Below, piece by piece: positions 1 through 13,459 of a stretch of 64,000 bases of DNA; position 1 is the first letter of the stretch; every line of letters starts with the position of its first letter. The DNA lies in assembly GCA_964016885.1 (NCBI GenBank), contig OZ024743.1:226486001-226550000 (forward strand), given 5' to 3'. The position numbers were made by a program, and so were the translations under genes. Origin of the DNA: Eledone cirrhosa. Its lineage: Eukaryota. Under the pieces are notes generated by a model. That model was not told where the DNA came from. It saw only the letters and a program-made list of their open reading frames with translations, and searched no databases.

Positions 1-339
1 GAGCGAGAGGAGAGTGTGTGAGAGAGAATTGGTTTTGGACTACTTTTTTCTTCTCATGCTAAATAACTTATGGAAGGAGTGTTACACGTACGTGTTTTTC
101 GGTATTGGGGAGGAAGGTAACAATATCACAATTCTGTTGGTTTCTGCTATGTTGAAAATTTCGATAAATGATGTATTACAGTATTGTAATCTGTGTTAAA
201 AAATTTACGAGGAGGGAAAAAAGAAAAAGAAACTCAAGAAGCTGGCATTATCATCTTTATGCGTACGTGAATAGTATATATGAGAAAAAATTGTGTGTTG
301 TCGAGGCGGAGTAGGGATGGGGGACTATGTGTGCGCATA

Positions 340-850
<511 letters not shown>

Positions 851-1159
851 CCACATGCCCAAATATATTGAATGTAAACAAAAAACAACTGTATAAGTAG
901 ATTAATTGATAAATTGTTTGATCAATACTTATATTGATTGAAAGATAGATGAGGAGATATGTATAGAGTGAAAATGGAGAGTGAAATATACAAGACCAGA
1001 TAAAGGGGAAAAGAGTGTTCACACACACAATTCATACACACACACACACAACCCCCAACATATAGAGGTGATCACACACACGATAACAATTACATCGGAT
1101 GTGCATGCAAAATGTACACACATATACACACACACACGCACATAACACACACACACTCA

Positions 1160-1191
<32 letters not shown>

Positions 1192-1200
1192 ATTATATAT

Positions 1201-1238
<38 letters not shown>

Positions 1239-1486
1239 ACACACATATATATAAACATATATATACACACACACACACACTCATATAAATATATATGTAT
1301 ATATACACACATATATATATGTATATATATATGTGTGTCTGTGTGTGTTTTAGGGTGTGTGTCGGTGTGTGTGTGTGTGTGTGTGTGTGCGTGTACATTT
1401 AAAGTGAGAGAAGGCGGGAGAGTTAATGAACCGTCTAAAAGAGGCTGACATTGAAGTAGATATTATGAATTCAAGTAAGTAACTAA

Positions 1487-1693
1487 ATAATGATTTCTCA
1501 TTTAGGCACAAGGCCAACAATTTGTGAGGGTGGTGAGAATTGATTAAACTAACTGTTACTGTTCGTTACTGGTGCTTTATTCTATCGACCACATAAGGAT
1601 GAATGGCAAATGGGGATTTGAACTCAGAAAGCTTGTGCCGGAACAAATACTGCCACGCAGTTTTCCGATGCTAAACGACATTGCTAATCCACC
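1487..1693 (-). mobile_element. tRNA-derived SINE family A, diverged copy
   Basis: Reverse complement matches the family: GGTGGATT..GCA head, GAGTTCAAATCCC B-box, TTCATCCTTA..GGTCGATA core, GGCCTTGTGCCTAAA tail. Confidence 0.85.
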
Positions 1694-1974
1694 ATTTATC
1701 GTACGATAATTATGCATCTAACTGAAACATCTCATCAGTTAACATTCGTGTAAAAATCCATCATTGTATAGAATCGGAAATTTGAATAAGAAAGTATAGA
1801 CATCGAATCGAAACTAAAGTAAGCCAAACAATCAATATGTTCACTTAGGTTTTTAAATAATCGATCTTCCACTCTAACGAACTAACATATGTGTGGGTGG
1901 TGAGATGAAGTAATGCTGCAAGAAAAAAAAAATTGGAGTAAAAGAGAATGGCAGATATTCATATGTATATATAC

Positions 1975-2069
<95 letters not shown>

Positions 2070-2399
2070 GCATATAATATATACCACTGTGCATTGATAT
2101 ATATTTAGTGTTACGTAAAGGGAAATAATTTGTTTTGATAAGAATATTTCACTTGTTTACTATATACTTAAATACACACACACGTGTATATATATTTCTT
2201 GTATTTCTAATTCATTCATTATTGGAAATGTTTTTCAAGGGGAAAGAATATTAGCAGGGTAGCAACGCAGATGGTTAAACGATTCTACCCAAATACCATA
2301 CAGTTTTCTTTTGCATTTAAGCTGTTCAGTTAGCAGTTTACGTTTCCGAGAATCTTCTATCAAAAAGTAGTGGTTAACCCTACTTTGTGAAAACTAGCT

Positions 2400-3100
2400 A
2401 TCTTTTGAGTCGATCTTAGACATACCAATATTGTTTTGCCAATTTGGGTACGAAATCTATCGATAGCTAGTCCTGGTAACCCCTAAACACAGCTACCATA
2501 GCTAAATTGAGCGTTGATGACTCGCGTTCTCAAATTAAAATGAAAGTGACTCGCATAATCTCAAATTACATAATCTTGTTGAGGTCATTTTTATTCAGTG
2601 AGTGCTTGAGATGAGTTTCCTACTTCAAGTCAGATTGTAACCAAATACCAAGGATCTTTATGGCTTTTTGCGGTATCAATATTTGATTCATTATGTATAT
2701 TTCATCACATTAATAATTGATAGTGTCAAGATTATGGAAATGGATCAATTAAAGGGAATAAATTGTGTTTTCAAGGAAACTTCAGTTGCAGTTTATCGAG
2801 CTGCGCATAATTTGTTTTATTGTTGATGATTCAAGATGAAGTATACAATTTGATATCATCTGCAAAACCTGACACTTCTATAATTTTATCCAGAGATGTA
2901 AACAAGGCCTTTGCAAGGTAAATAATTTAGCATTTCTCGTTTCCAAGAATCAGACTTGTAATACAATTAGAAAGAAAGCTTTCAACCCAGTTGCAAAGGT
3001 AGTTAGGAATTTCAAATTGATTTAATATTTTAACTAGAGTTTGCTGAACTACGGTATCATAAGCTCCCTTTATGACCAGTGAAATCAAACTGGTTAATAC
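2400..3100 (-). pseudogene. Decayed non-LTR retrotransposon reverse transcriptase fragment
   Basis: Manual translation of the minus strand gives LISLVIKGAYDTV..LCNWVESFLSN (RT domain 3 region), EVSGFADDIKLY (FADD catalytic motif) and KILGIWLQSDLK*ETH (thumb), with stops and a deletion of the PQG domain. Confidence 0.8.
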
Positions 3101-3185
3101 GGATGAATGTGGTACACGATTCTCAAACTCTCTCTATCTCTTTCTCTCTCTCACTCTCTCTCTCTCTCTCTCTATCTATCTATAC

Positions 3186-3216
<31 letters not shown>

Positions 3217-3339
3217 GGGAATGTAACGTGTAGTTATTGTAGGTTCACCCGAGTACGCACTGGATGCGTAGTTTTCAGTCTGTAAAGAGGTGTAGTACTA
3301 AGCAGAGTGCAATTTTAATGATAAAAGGAAGATTTGTTA

Positions 3340-3470
3340 TGTCTTCATTACGTTTATTGAGTAGTGACAAGCGTTTCGCTATTGATCATCTCTAAGGTTC
3401 GATCTGTATCGATCTAGCCCGACTCTGGAATCAAAGGCACGTCGGACCTCTGCTGTGGTAATGACAGAAT
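3340..3470 (-). repeat. Dispersed repeat (second copy 17232-17355 on +) with a degenerate hammerhead-like motif
   Basis: Reverse complement aligns with 17232-17355; motif GGT-CCGACG(A/T)-GC..GC-GAAAC....GTC-AC. Confidence 0.65.
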
Positions 3471-3893
3471 GAACCTGTAGGGTTTAGAAAGGTCTATAAC
3501 GATTCACGTTCATTTATGGTTGTCAGTTACTGTTGTTTTGATTGGTGGTTTTGCTATAAGGAATGATTTGATATGTGTGATAGGTTGAGGGAAGTATGAT
3601 AATGATGAGTGGTGGTGGGGAGCGATGGTTGGTGCTAGTTGCAGGGGTGTGGTGTTTTTGATGTTTTATAGCTATTGTGGCGTGTATGAGTTGAGGTGAA
3701 GGTGCCGAGTGTTGTGTGGAAGTGGTTATGGGCTATGCGTGATGTATTTATTAAAATAACAGATTAAAGTTTAAGCAAAGAATCGCTGCTTTCACCCTTC
3801 ATATTTGCTCTACGGTTCTTATATATTTTATATATATTTATCCTTATCGAGCCCTCTTTGGATTTTAATCTTCAAATTTATTATTATTACTAT

Positions 3894-3944
<51 letters not shown>

Positions 3945-4041
3945 CAGGGCACGGACGGTATTTGAGGACAAATTCATCGTTAAAAAGAACGCTTATATAA
4001 TAACAGAAAAAACATAAAGCTAAATTATCAATTTAATAATT

Positions 4042-5076
4042 TCATTCAATAAAACCACCATAAGCATCAATAACTGCCTCTACGCGGGGCCGAAATCGTT
4101 TACAAGCTCGTATTAAGTGGTCCTTGTTCATATCAGACATGACTCGAATTATGGCGGCTTTCAAAGAATCTTTGGTGTTATGGGTGTTCATTGACATTTT
4201 TCTCAACGATGCTCCATACATAGTCCGTGGATTGAGACCTGGAGAATTAAGAGTCCAAATGTTGGGTGTGATGTGATCATGCAAATTGTCGGCCATCCAT
4301 TCTTGTTTCAATTGAACCTTGTGTGATCGTGCAGAATCTTGTTGAAAGACATAAGGTCTTCCATTGTACACACTGTTGATCCAAGGCTTAACAACTTTAT
4401 CCAGAACCTCAATATATGTAGCAGCAGTCACCCTAAGGCCTTGTGGAAAAAGGTGAGGAGGCATCACATGTCCTTCAGTGCTAACCACACCCAAAATCAT
4501 GACACTTGCAGGAAATGTTGTGTGCATTATTCTTGGAACCTCAGAAGGGTCTGCATATAGCCACCTGTCATTTCTTCTGTTAGTTTTCTGATCCTGGTCA
4601 AAGCTTTTCTCATCTGAGAATAACCAAATCACACCATCTTCTGATGGTTTTTTAAGTTTGTTCAAAATTCTTTTGGATCTGATTAAATGCTTTTCTTTTG
4701 TTTTTTTCTGACATGAATTGACCTCTCCTCATCACGTAAGATTTGTATCTGATGTCTTCATGCACAACATTTCTGATTGTTTTTTCTAACACACCAACAT
4801 TTTTTTTGCAATTGACCTCATTGATTTTCCTGTATTGTCATCAATGTTTTGCTTAACTTCCTGAATAAATTCAGGTGTCCAGATGGAATCAGAGCATTTG
4901 GAATGTTTTTTACGTTTTGATACAGGTGATGCGCTTCCATCTTCTTTCTCTAACTCATACCGAATCTTGCGGACAAAAGATCTTGCAAATTTCAGAAAAC
5001 GAGAAATTTCTAAATCACCATGATTAGTCTTCAAAGCCACAATCACAGCAGGCCTTTTCATTTCATTAGTAATCAT
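4042..5076 (-). pseudogene. DD37D transposase, frameshifted
   Basis: N-terminal HTH-like ORF 4786-5076 (..KSMRSIAK) and catalytic ORF 4042-4665 with FSDEK, FQQDSA.SH and SPGLNP. The third Asp (P-L-D-Y-V-W) is recovered 37 aa after the second Asp by restoring 1 nt near 4226. Confidence 0.92.
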
Positions 5077-5132
5077 AGTTAGTTCCCTTGTTATTTTCTG
5101 AAATGGAAGTTCAATTAAAATTAGTTAAATAA

Positions 5133-5198
5133 AATAATTGTTTCTACTTTAGGCACAAGGCCAGCAATCACCAGTGCATTACTGGTACTTTATTTTAT
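5133..5198 (-). mobile_element. SINE family A 3' fragment nested inside the maT transposon
   Basis: AATAATTGTTTCTACTTTAGGCACAAGGCCAGCAAT..CAGTGCATTACTGGTACTTTATTTTAT matches the SINE tail. Confidence 0.85.
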
Positions 5199-5234
5199 TC
5201 AATACATGTGTCCTCAAATACCGTCTCCACCCTG

Positions 5235-5265
<31 letters not shown>

Positions 5266-5309
5266 CTTTTTAAATGCGTATCTATCTATCTATCTACCTC
5301 TCGCTCTCT

Positions 5310-5352
<43 letters not shown>

Positions 5353-5410
5353 CCGTTTTATGTCCATTTTTCCACGCTAGCGTTAGTTACACACACACAC
5401 ACACACACAC

Positions 5411-5484
<74 letters not shown>

Positions 5485-5926
5485 TTCTCTCACTCACACA
5501 CATACACACACACACTCTCTCTCTCTCACTCTCTCGCTCTATGTATATACGTATGTACGAATACATGTATGTAGCTATGTAAGTATTTATGTATGTATAC
5601 ATCACATAGCTCTCAATGGTATTCCTATCAACGATAAGTATTGAATGACAAATGACTATTTCAATGCTTCTATTGCTTCTATTATGGCGGCAAGATATTT
5701 GGAAGAGGATAAAATCTAGGATTAAAGTTATTGAAGGGACATTGTTTTAACTATTATCGAAACAACAATCTTTTGTTGTATTACATCTTTTTTGTTTCAT
5801 TTTACTTCTCTGTCTGCTGCCCTCTCTTATCCTTTATCTATCTCATCTCACCATCTCTCCTCGCTTGTTTACGTCTTGTATTCTTTTACTTAATGTTCTA
5901 CTGGAAGTCTTTATTTCAACGCAGTT

Positions 5927-5985
<59 letters not shown>

Positions 5986-6091
5986 TATATATATATATAT
6001 ATGTTCATATATATCTATATATCTCTCCCTCCCTCTCTCTCTCTATATATATATATGTATAAATATCTATATCTATATATCTATCTACATA

Positions 6092-6178
<87 letters not shown>

Positions 6179-6829
6179 ACGCATATAAATATGTCTATAT
6201 ATATATATGTATGTATGTATGTATGTATATTCAGTAGAGGAAAATGGAAAAAAATTGATTTAAGTTTGTTTTGACATAATGTGGTGTTAGTCGGCTGAGT
6301 TCAGTTTGATGGGGCTAGATAGTGGTGGAGGGATGGTTTCTTTAAATTCTTTAATCATCATCATCATCATCATCACCATCCTTCACACCAACATTATTAT
6401 TATTTTTTTTTTTTCAAAGACAATCTATCTCACCATCTTTTTCTCATGATATCACGGAATGTTATGTATGTCTTTGTTTCAACTCTTAGAAAGCTTTTCT
6501 GTTACGATATATGTTTTGTTCTTGTTTTAATTTGCTTACTTTTGATCACTTTACTTACAGTCTATTGTGTCTGGCCAAATCGATAATTTATCGATTTACA
6601 TCTTTATAATCGAAAACAGTTTCATTATATTACAGAGTTGTCGCTTAATATTTAAAAAAAAAACTATTTAAACCAAAACACTATATGTTGCTCACCTACA
6701 TTCGGCTCTAATACATCATTCTGTAGATAGATTTCATGAGTAAGTAACTCTTTTATCACATAGTCGTCTCTTCTGATATCATTCGGATAAGATTTATGAT
6801 ATGATGATAACATATTTCTGTGCCCTGTT

Positions 6830-7470
6830 TTCTCTTGTAGGAATCAAGCAGTCATTTGTCTATTCTTCTGTAGCAACATGTGCGTTTTGGTCTTTCTTTT
6901 TAAGCCAAAGGTGAGTCTCAGTTTCTTGTTTCTGTAGCAACCCGTTAGCCTTAGTATGTTATTCCCAGAGCAACTTGTGATTCATAGTTTATTATACCAA
7001 TAGCAACCTCTGAGTCTTATGCCATTCCTGAAGCAAACTATGTGTCCTAGTATGGTCTGCCTGTTACACATTGTGATGCTTAGTATGTTATTCTTGTAAC
7101 AACCTGTGAACCATACTTTGCGCTTGATCTAGCAACACGCGAGTCTTCGATTTTTCTTCCTGCAGTAGTGAGTAATTCATTTTTACCTCCCCTAACAGCC
7201 TTTGAATCTTCATTTATTCCGTATGTAAAATACTATGGGGTTTGGAGATATGGTCAAGTAGCAACCTGTCAATCTTAATTTTTTTGTATCCTATAGCAAT
7301 CTATAAATTCTTCTTATAACAACACACGAGTTCTGTATTCCTTCCTCCTGTAGCAATTATTGAATTTTGGTTTCGGACTCTTATAGCAACTCATGGATAT
7401 TGGTTTATTTGTCTTGTAGCAAACCTCGAAAGTTAATTTCTTGCTATTGTAGCAACCCACAAGTCTTGGT
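6830..7470. repeat. Diverged minisatellite, unit about 30-35 bp
   Basis: Recurring (C)TGTAGCAAC....GAGTCTT(A/G)G motif at roughly 30-35 bp spacing. Confidence 0.7.
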
Positions 7471-7623
7471 TTCTTTCTGCACTTTTACTCTCAATTAGCA
7501 AATTTTGGAGGATGGGTAAATGTTATTGACTACATTTGGTCACTGATGTAACCAATCAAAATGTATGTAAAGCATATATAGTTATCAATAGATATAAGCA
7601 AATAATCATAGTCAACAACAGTG

Positions 7624-8023
7624 AAAATAATTGTTTCTTTTTTTGGCACTAGGCCAGTTACTAACACCAGTGCATTACTGGTGCTGTATTTTATCGACCC
7701 CGTAAGGATGAAAGACAAAGTTAACCTCGGCGGGATTTGAATTCAGAACGTAAAGGACCATAACTCTTTGCTGCAAAGCATGGTGTCTGACGCTTACCGA
7801 TATTGTCAATTCCACCTTACTGTAGAACAAAATAATTGTTTCTACTTTAGGCACAAGGCCAGCAAATTACCAAGTGCATTACTGGTACTTTATTTTTATC
7901 GACCCCGTAAGGATGAAAGGTAAAGTCAACCTCGGCGGGATTTGAACTCAGATCGTAAAGGGACGTAACTATGCTGGAAAGCATGGCGTCCGACCCTCTA
8001 CCGATACTGCCAATCCACCGCCC
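7624..8023 (-). mobile_element. Two tandem SINE family A copies (about 7624-7816 and 7829-8023)
   Basis: Both carry CGGCGGGATTTGAA(C/T)TCAG (B-box reverse complement), ATCGACCCCGTAAGGATGAAAG core and family tail. Confidence 0.92.
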
Positions 8024-9797
8024 GTAGAACAAAATAATGATGTTACATATTGACCTTCGATGTGTGCTGTTTTAGTTGAACAACGGCTTTATCATGATAT
8101 TATCCCACATATATGCGATGAGTGCAATACAATGTCTATAACATTTCTCCGATACTGCTAAAAATCTACCAGATAAAAACAGTTCTACTGTCAATACAAG
8201 ACAACTACAATTACAACAATACAGAGTTGAGATGTTTTAACATCATTACCGACATCCCTAACACAAATGCCACGAGCACATATGCATAACAATCATAACA
8301 CATCGACAACCAACACAAACCTTAGCACATATCTAGAGCCAGGAGTCTCGTTTGCCTTAAAGGTGTGAGGGGGTGGGGACACACCAACATTTGTTGATTC
8401 TTAAAGTAGCATGTTAGTATTGCTTATGGTACCTTTCCCGGACCCTATCACATAAGCAACATTTTACGCTAATTAAATTTTATATATTCAAATGAAGTTC
8501 GGTTATAAAAAGATAAGCTTAAAAATAATTTATTATATCAAATAAACAAAAGATAAAACATAGTCGTTTGAAAAAGTGGTGGGGGAGGGGACTTGTCCCC
8601 TGGTACCCCCCTGAAACAAGGCCCTTGTCTACAGCCATCACAACACCCGTTAAACCAACATAAACTCGACTACTTAACTACAACTATTACAACACCTTTC
8701 AGCTGACACAGACTTCCATATATCTCTCGAATATCAGAGAACCTATACAGGTCATGCTGATGATGATGATGAGAACAACAACAACGTCAAAGACTAGGGT
8801 GATGGTGCTGGTGACTACGGCTCTGTTAACGATGGCGGAGATTATGGCGAGAATGAAGTTATACTGATGATGATGATGACTATGAAGAAGGGGATGTTGA
8901 TGATGGTGGTGATGGGGCTGATGATGGTGATGGTGGAGATGGTGGTGATGGTGATCACGATGTTGATGATGATGAATATGAATATGAAGAAGAGGATGTT
9001 CATTGTGGTGATGATGTTGATGTTGACAATCTAGAATCCTAAACATAATGTATAAAGCACAAATTGCATTCTATTAATCATGTAAGGTTATTTTTTTTTA
9101 TTGTTTCTTTCCATCTTGTTTCCTTTTATAAATCATCCAGCAACGAGAAGCCCTCATCAGTGTTTCTGATTCCATTTATCAAGAATACAAACTACCAACA
9201 TGCCATCCATGCCACCACCCACGGAAATCACAATAATAAAACATTCAAAAGAAGAAAGGTTTTTTACTCCTTTTTTAAATTTATTTCTAATCATTTTTAC
9301 GGGTGTTCTCTTCTTGTTTTCTGTATATCTTCTTCAGGTTGGTTTGGGTTGGATAAGTCTTGTAATACAGTAGACATCTAGACGTTTTGGCACTACATAA
9401 GTTCATGTATACATACGTACATACAAACACACACGCAGATATTCACTCCGCTATATACATATGGAAATGTGAGAATCCCAAACGAAGAAAATAACTGTGT
9501 TAACATTCGGTCACTGTAAATAATAGCTAAGAAAATCGGGAGAAATATTTGTAGAGACAGAAAAAATGTGGACGGATTTGAACTACGTACCTCTCAAATA
9601 CAGTTTGAGTACATTACATTTAAGTAAAGAGAGCAACTGACATACTTCTTTCCAATTATTTTAGGATGCTTTACTAAACAATTTAGGGCTAGAGCGTAGC
9701 TGGAATTAAACAAGCACACACACAAACAAATACACACACACACACATACATACATATATATATAAATATATATATATGAAAATAATCATGAGCCGTT

Positions 9798-10020
9798 GGC
9801 TGAGCTCCGGCCGTTTAGACAGCTAGATCGGAACTAACCCAGCAATATTAGGACGGCGGGGATGTAGTTAGATCCCCGCCGTCCTAATATTGCTGGGTCA
9901 GTTCGGATCTAGCTGTTGAAATGGCTGGAGCTCAGCCGTCGGGGTCCTGACTCTTTTCCTATTACCCACTCTGCTGCCCTAAGTATCGAGTACTCTGGTG
10001 CGTTATGGTCCACCTGGTTT

Positions 10021-10022
<2 letters not shown>
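9798..10022 (+). repeat. Fold-back element (66-bp arms, 9798-9937) containing an HHR 3' half; family also at about 23930-24055, 37060-37160 and 46010-46217
   Basis: Inverted arms around loop 9864-9871; GAAATGGCTG-GAGCT-CAGCCGTC-GGGGTC; shared tail GAGTACTCTGGTGCGTTATGGTCCA. Confidence 0.8.
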
Positions 10023-10080
<58 letters not shown>

Positions 10081-10083
10081 TAC

Positions 10084-10167
<84 letters not shown>

Positions 10168-10173
<6 letters not shown>

Positions 10174-10751
10174 AAAGTCACCCTCCTCACCAACGACCCA
10201 TGGTCGGGTCGTTGGCGACTAAACTGGCAACCCCACCAAGGTTTCTTGGTGAGGAGGGTGACTTTGGACATCCTGCAGGACTAAAAACAAAACCTGTCAA
10301 AGGGCAAAGGAGCTCTTAAGAGTCAATGGCCATCCAAAATCACCGGGAGAGATGACCCCTTAGCCTTTGTCAAGGCAGAATTCTAGGAGAAGGAAAACTC
10401 TGATATAACACCTGCAACCCTGATGGTATCCAATGATGTTGACTTGTTCTTCTTTTTGGTAAATATCATCTTGGTTAAGAGAGTGGGACTGGCTTTGTGC
10501 AGTGCCTTTGCTCACTATAAAAGCTTCACGGCACAGGCATTGCTTTATATCTGGAGATCTCTCTGCACTTGTCGTCACATGGTACCATGGGCCCAGCACT
10601 ATGTGTCAGTAATTGTCACAAGTGTAGTGTTTGTACCAGAGTTTTCAAGTCGCTGGCTGGACTAAAAAGTCACACTCGTTCAGCGCATCGGTAGGGGTTC
10701 TCCTACATGGATATAAAGTAGTGGCCGTACTCGAAAACGAGTTGGCAGCCA

Positions 10752-10755
<4 letters not shown>
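10168..10755 (+). mobile_element. About 560-bp non-coding interspersed element, possibly a non-autonomous RTE-clade derivative; second copy 44611-45183 on -
   Basis: Two highly similar copies in opposite orientation next to (TA)n. TCTAGGAGAAGGAAAACTCTGA resembles RTE 5'UTR motifs (from recall, not searched). Confidence 0.7.
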
Positions 10756-10809
<54 letters not shown>

Positions 10810-11000
10810 GTTTGTATTTGTAAAGCCAAAACAATGCAGGTATGGACATAGAATGAAAAATGCAAATGCAAAATATATTGTTGACAATTAGTCTTTTACC
10901 TTAGATTTATTTAAATGTCCTTAATTTTCGAGGTAATATCTCTTCTTCGGAAGGAAGTAAAGCGGTTAAACCAGTGTTCTAAATAGCTTGCCAAGTCATG

Positions 11001-11056
<56 letters not shown>

Positions 11057-12559
11057 TATATATATGTATATATTTTTAACTGGACGTTAAGCAGCCGAAG
11101 TATACGATCAATTCGTATCTGGTTATATACAGTATAGAGGTAACCAGAAGCTGCGTTAATGTGGATATACATTTACTGCTTAAGTATTTAGACAAGCAAA
11201 CATGTCAAATTCTACATGCTTCCTTTTAAATTGAAAAACAATTATCAATATATTCAATCGGCTTTCGAACCTTTTGTGTTTTTCTCAGAAGATATGTATC
11301 ATATATCATCTACACAACCACAAGGAAATACTTGACTGGTTAGCATATACACGGTATGTCTCATAGTAATATTCTAATTCGCATGTCAATAGCGTACGTT
11401 GTGTTAGTTAATTTGTTATATATATTTATTTGTGCGGTAAACACGCGAGATATATATATTAATTTTGTCTGTATATATGTGTACATTTTTATATAAATTA
11501 ACACATTGAGTATATCGATATAAACATGTCAATTGTTATGTACTTTCCTGGAAGTTGAATCGATTCTCGAACTTATTTTAATTCTCATCTGAATATACAC
11601 ACCACTTAATAAATATCAAAATTAAATATCAACCATATTGAATTGATGAATATTAAATGACGTCACAATTTGAAGATTACGCTTTTGAAATGCAAGAGCA
11701 AACGATAACTACGAATACTTGATTAATACAAAAGAATATGCGACTTAATGATCTTTTTAAAACAATACACTATGTTATCTGTAGGAAATAAAAACATTGT
11801 TTCCGTATAAATATAATAAATAACGTTGACGTTCAGTAAATTCTCACGTTTTAAACACTGTTGAATACAATGGAAAAATGTATAATGCATAATAAAAAGA
11901 GGATGATTAATAATAGTTGGTAAAATATGTTGATATTTCATAGACAGTCACTAGCATGTATCCTGTATAATCTTAACTGGCACTACGAGAGAGAAGGTAA
12001 TTCACCTAAACATGGTAATTGAATTTTCTTTACGAAACGCTAACCAGAAGCAAAATTCAATTAATTTCCACTACTACTTGAATATACTTCAAACAGCTAT
12101 GGAGACCAAATTGATATATTAAATTGACAAGCAATAAAATGAACACTTGTAGCTTGGCAGAAAAAATATAAACCCGTTTCTTGCCTAAACATTATGTATA
12201 AAACTTTAACCACATTGTTTTGCACTATGATCAATGTTAGTCAAACAGGTGAATGATCGCTGAGTAATATGGCTGAAACCTAGTGCGTGGAGATGATGCG
12301 AATAACTTTAGACATAAAGATCTCTTGCTTGACGTAAAAAAGAAAAGGAGAAAACAGACAGAAACTTAGTGGTAGTACCGTTTGTTAACAGAAAGATGTT
12401 GATACAACTCCTCACAGTTGCTGGAACTACTATATTTTAAATGTTACCTGCTTTATTAGTTATTGGTATTGTCATATTAGCTGGCATTGGCATATGTTTA
12501 AACATTGTTGGACTAATTCTTTGCTGTTGTCGTAAAACCACATCAACTTAATTTATTTC

Positions 12560-12760
12560 AGAGAGAGAGTCAATGTGAGACAGCATGTGAGAAGGTAGGG
12601 TCAATGAATTACAGATGCAACACATTTAATTTTTGGCAGTTCAATGGACTGGAGTAAGGTGATAAGAAATCACTTGCTCAAGGACACAACGTGCTACCTG
12701 GCACCAAATTCATTACCTTATGGTCGTGAACCAAGCGTCCGCTCCACGCTCTTCCATGGG
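12560..12760 (-). mobile_element. tRNA-derived SINE family B, diverged
   Basis: CTTGCTCAAGGACACAACG motif shared with 14385-14585, 18875-19130, 43335-43620 and 63590-63780. Confidence 0.6.
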
Positions 12761-13339
12761 TTATAATTATATTCCCCAAATCTCCCCTACACTTCCACAT
12801 ACTACCTTTGAAATGCTATCGTAACGTTCGCAGCATAGTTTCAGCCGCATTGCGCAACACTGTCATTCTTGGACACCTTTTGTTAAGAAAAAATATTTCT
12901 ATTCTAGCAACAGTCTTTTACTTAAGGTTTCCGGCTGTATTTCATTTTTACTTTTTTTTTTTTTTGTCTTTTGTCATTTCAATGACTTGATGTTCAATCA
13001 AAATTTCATCAAGGTGATTTTCACATATTACTGGCGAAAAAATAAAATAAAAAATAAAAAAGATGAGGGTGATTCATTGTGCATGATTATTAATCAAGAA
13101 CAGTCGCTTATCGGTATGTCAGTACGTGACAAACTATTGTCCTTGCCTTCACTGATAATGTAATTTTTTTGTAGTTAGATTTATCGCTTTTTCTTGTTGT
13201 ATTTTTTATTGTTTTTGTGTATGGTTTTGTTTTGTAAATGATTTGAAATTAGTTAAACTAAGGAGAAAATGATTGGTTCTTTTCTTAAATTCACTTATTC
13301 TTTATTTTCACCGCGTGGTTCTGAATACTTGTTGTGAAA

Positions 13340-13375
<36 letters not shown>

Positions 13376-13383
13376 CTTATTTC

Positions 13384-13459
<76 letters not shown>

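Larger units (their letters stand above)
3945..5234 (-). mobile_element. Tc1/mariner superfamily DNA transposon, DD37D (maT) type, full length, inactive
   Basis: 26-bp TIRs CAGGG(cacg/tgga)GACGGTATTTGAGGACA at 3945 and ending 5234, flanked by TA, enclosing a transposase. Confidence 0.93.

Noticed and set aside
6830-7470. CRISPR-like repeat-spacer appearance
   Set aside because: Eukaryotic context, no cas genes, short degenerate repeats and related spacers
10360-10665. ORF pair conserved in two places (also 44719-45024)
   Set aside because: Conservation reflects recent repeat copies; no protein motif recognised
10915-10958. Compact HHR-like CCGAAGA..CUCGAAA on the minus strand
   Set aside because: Core mismatch and negligible stem III; single copy
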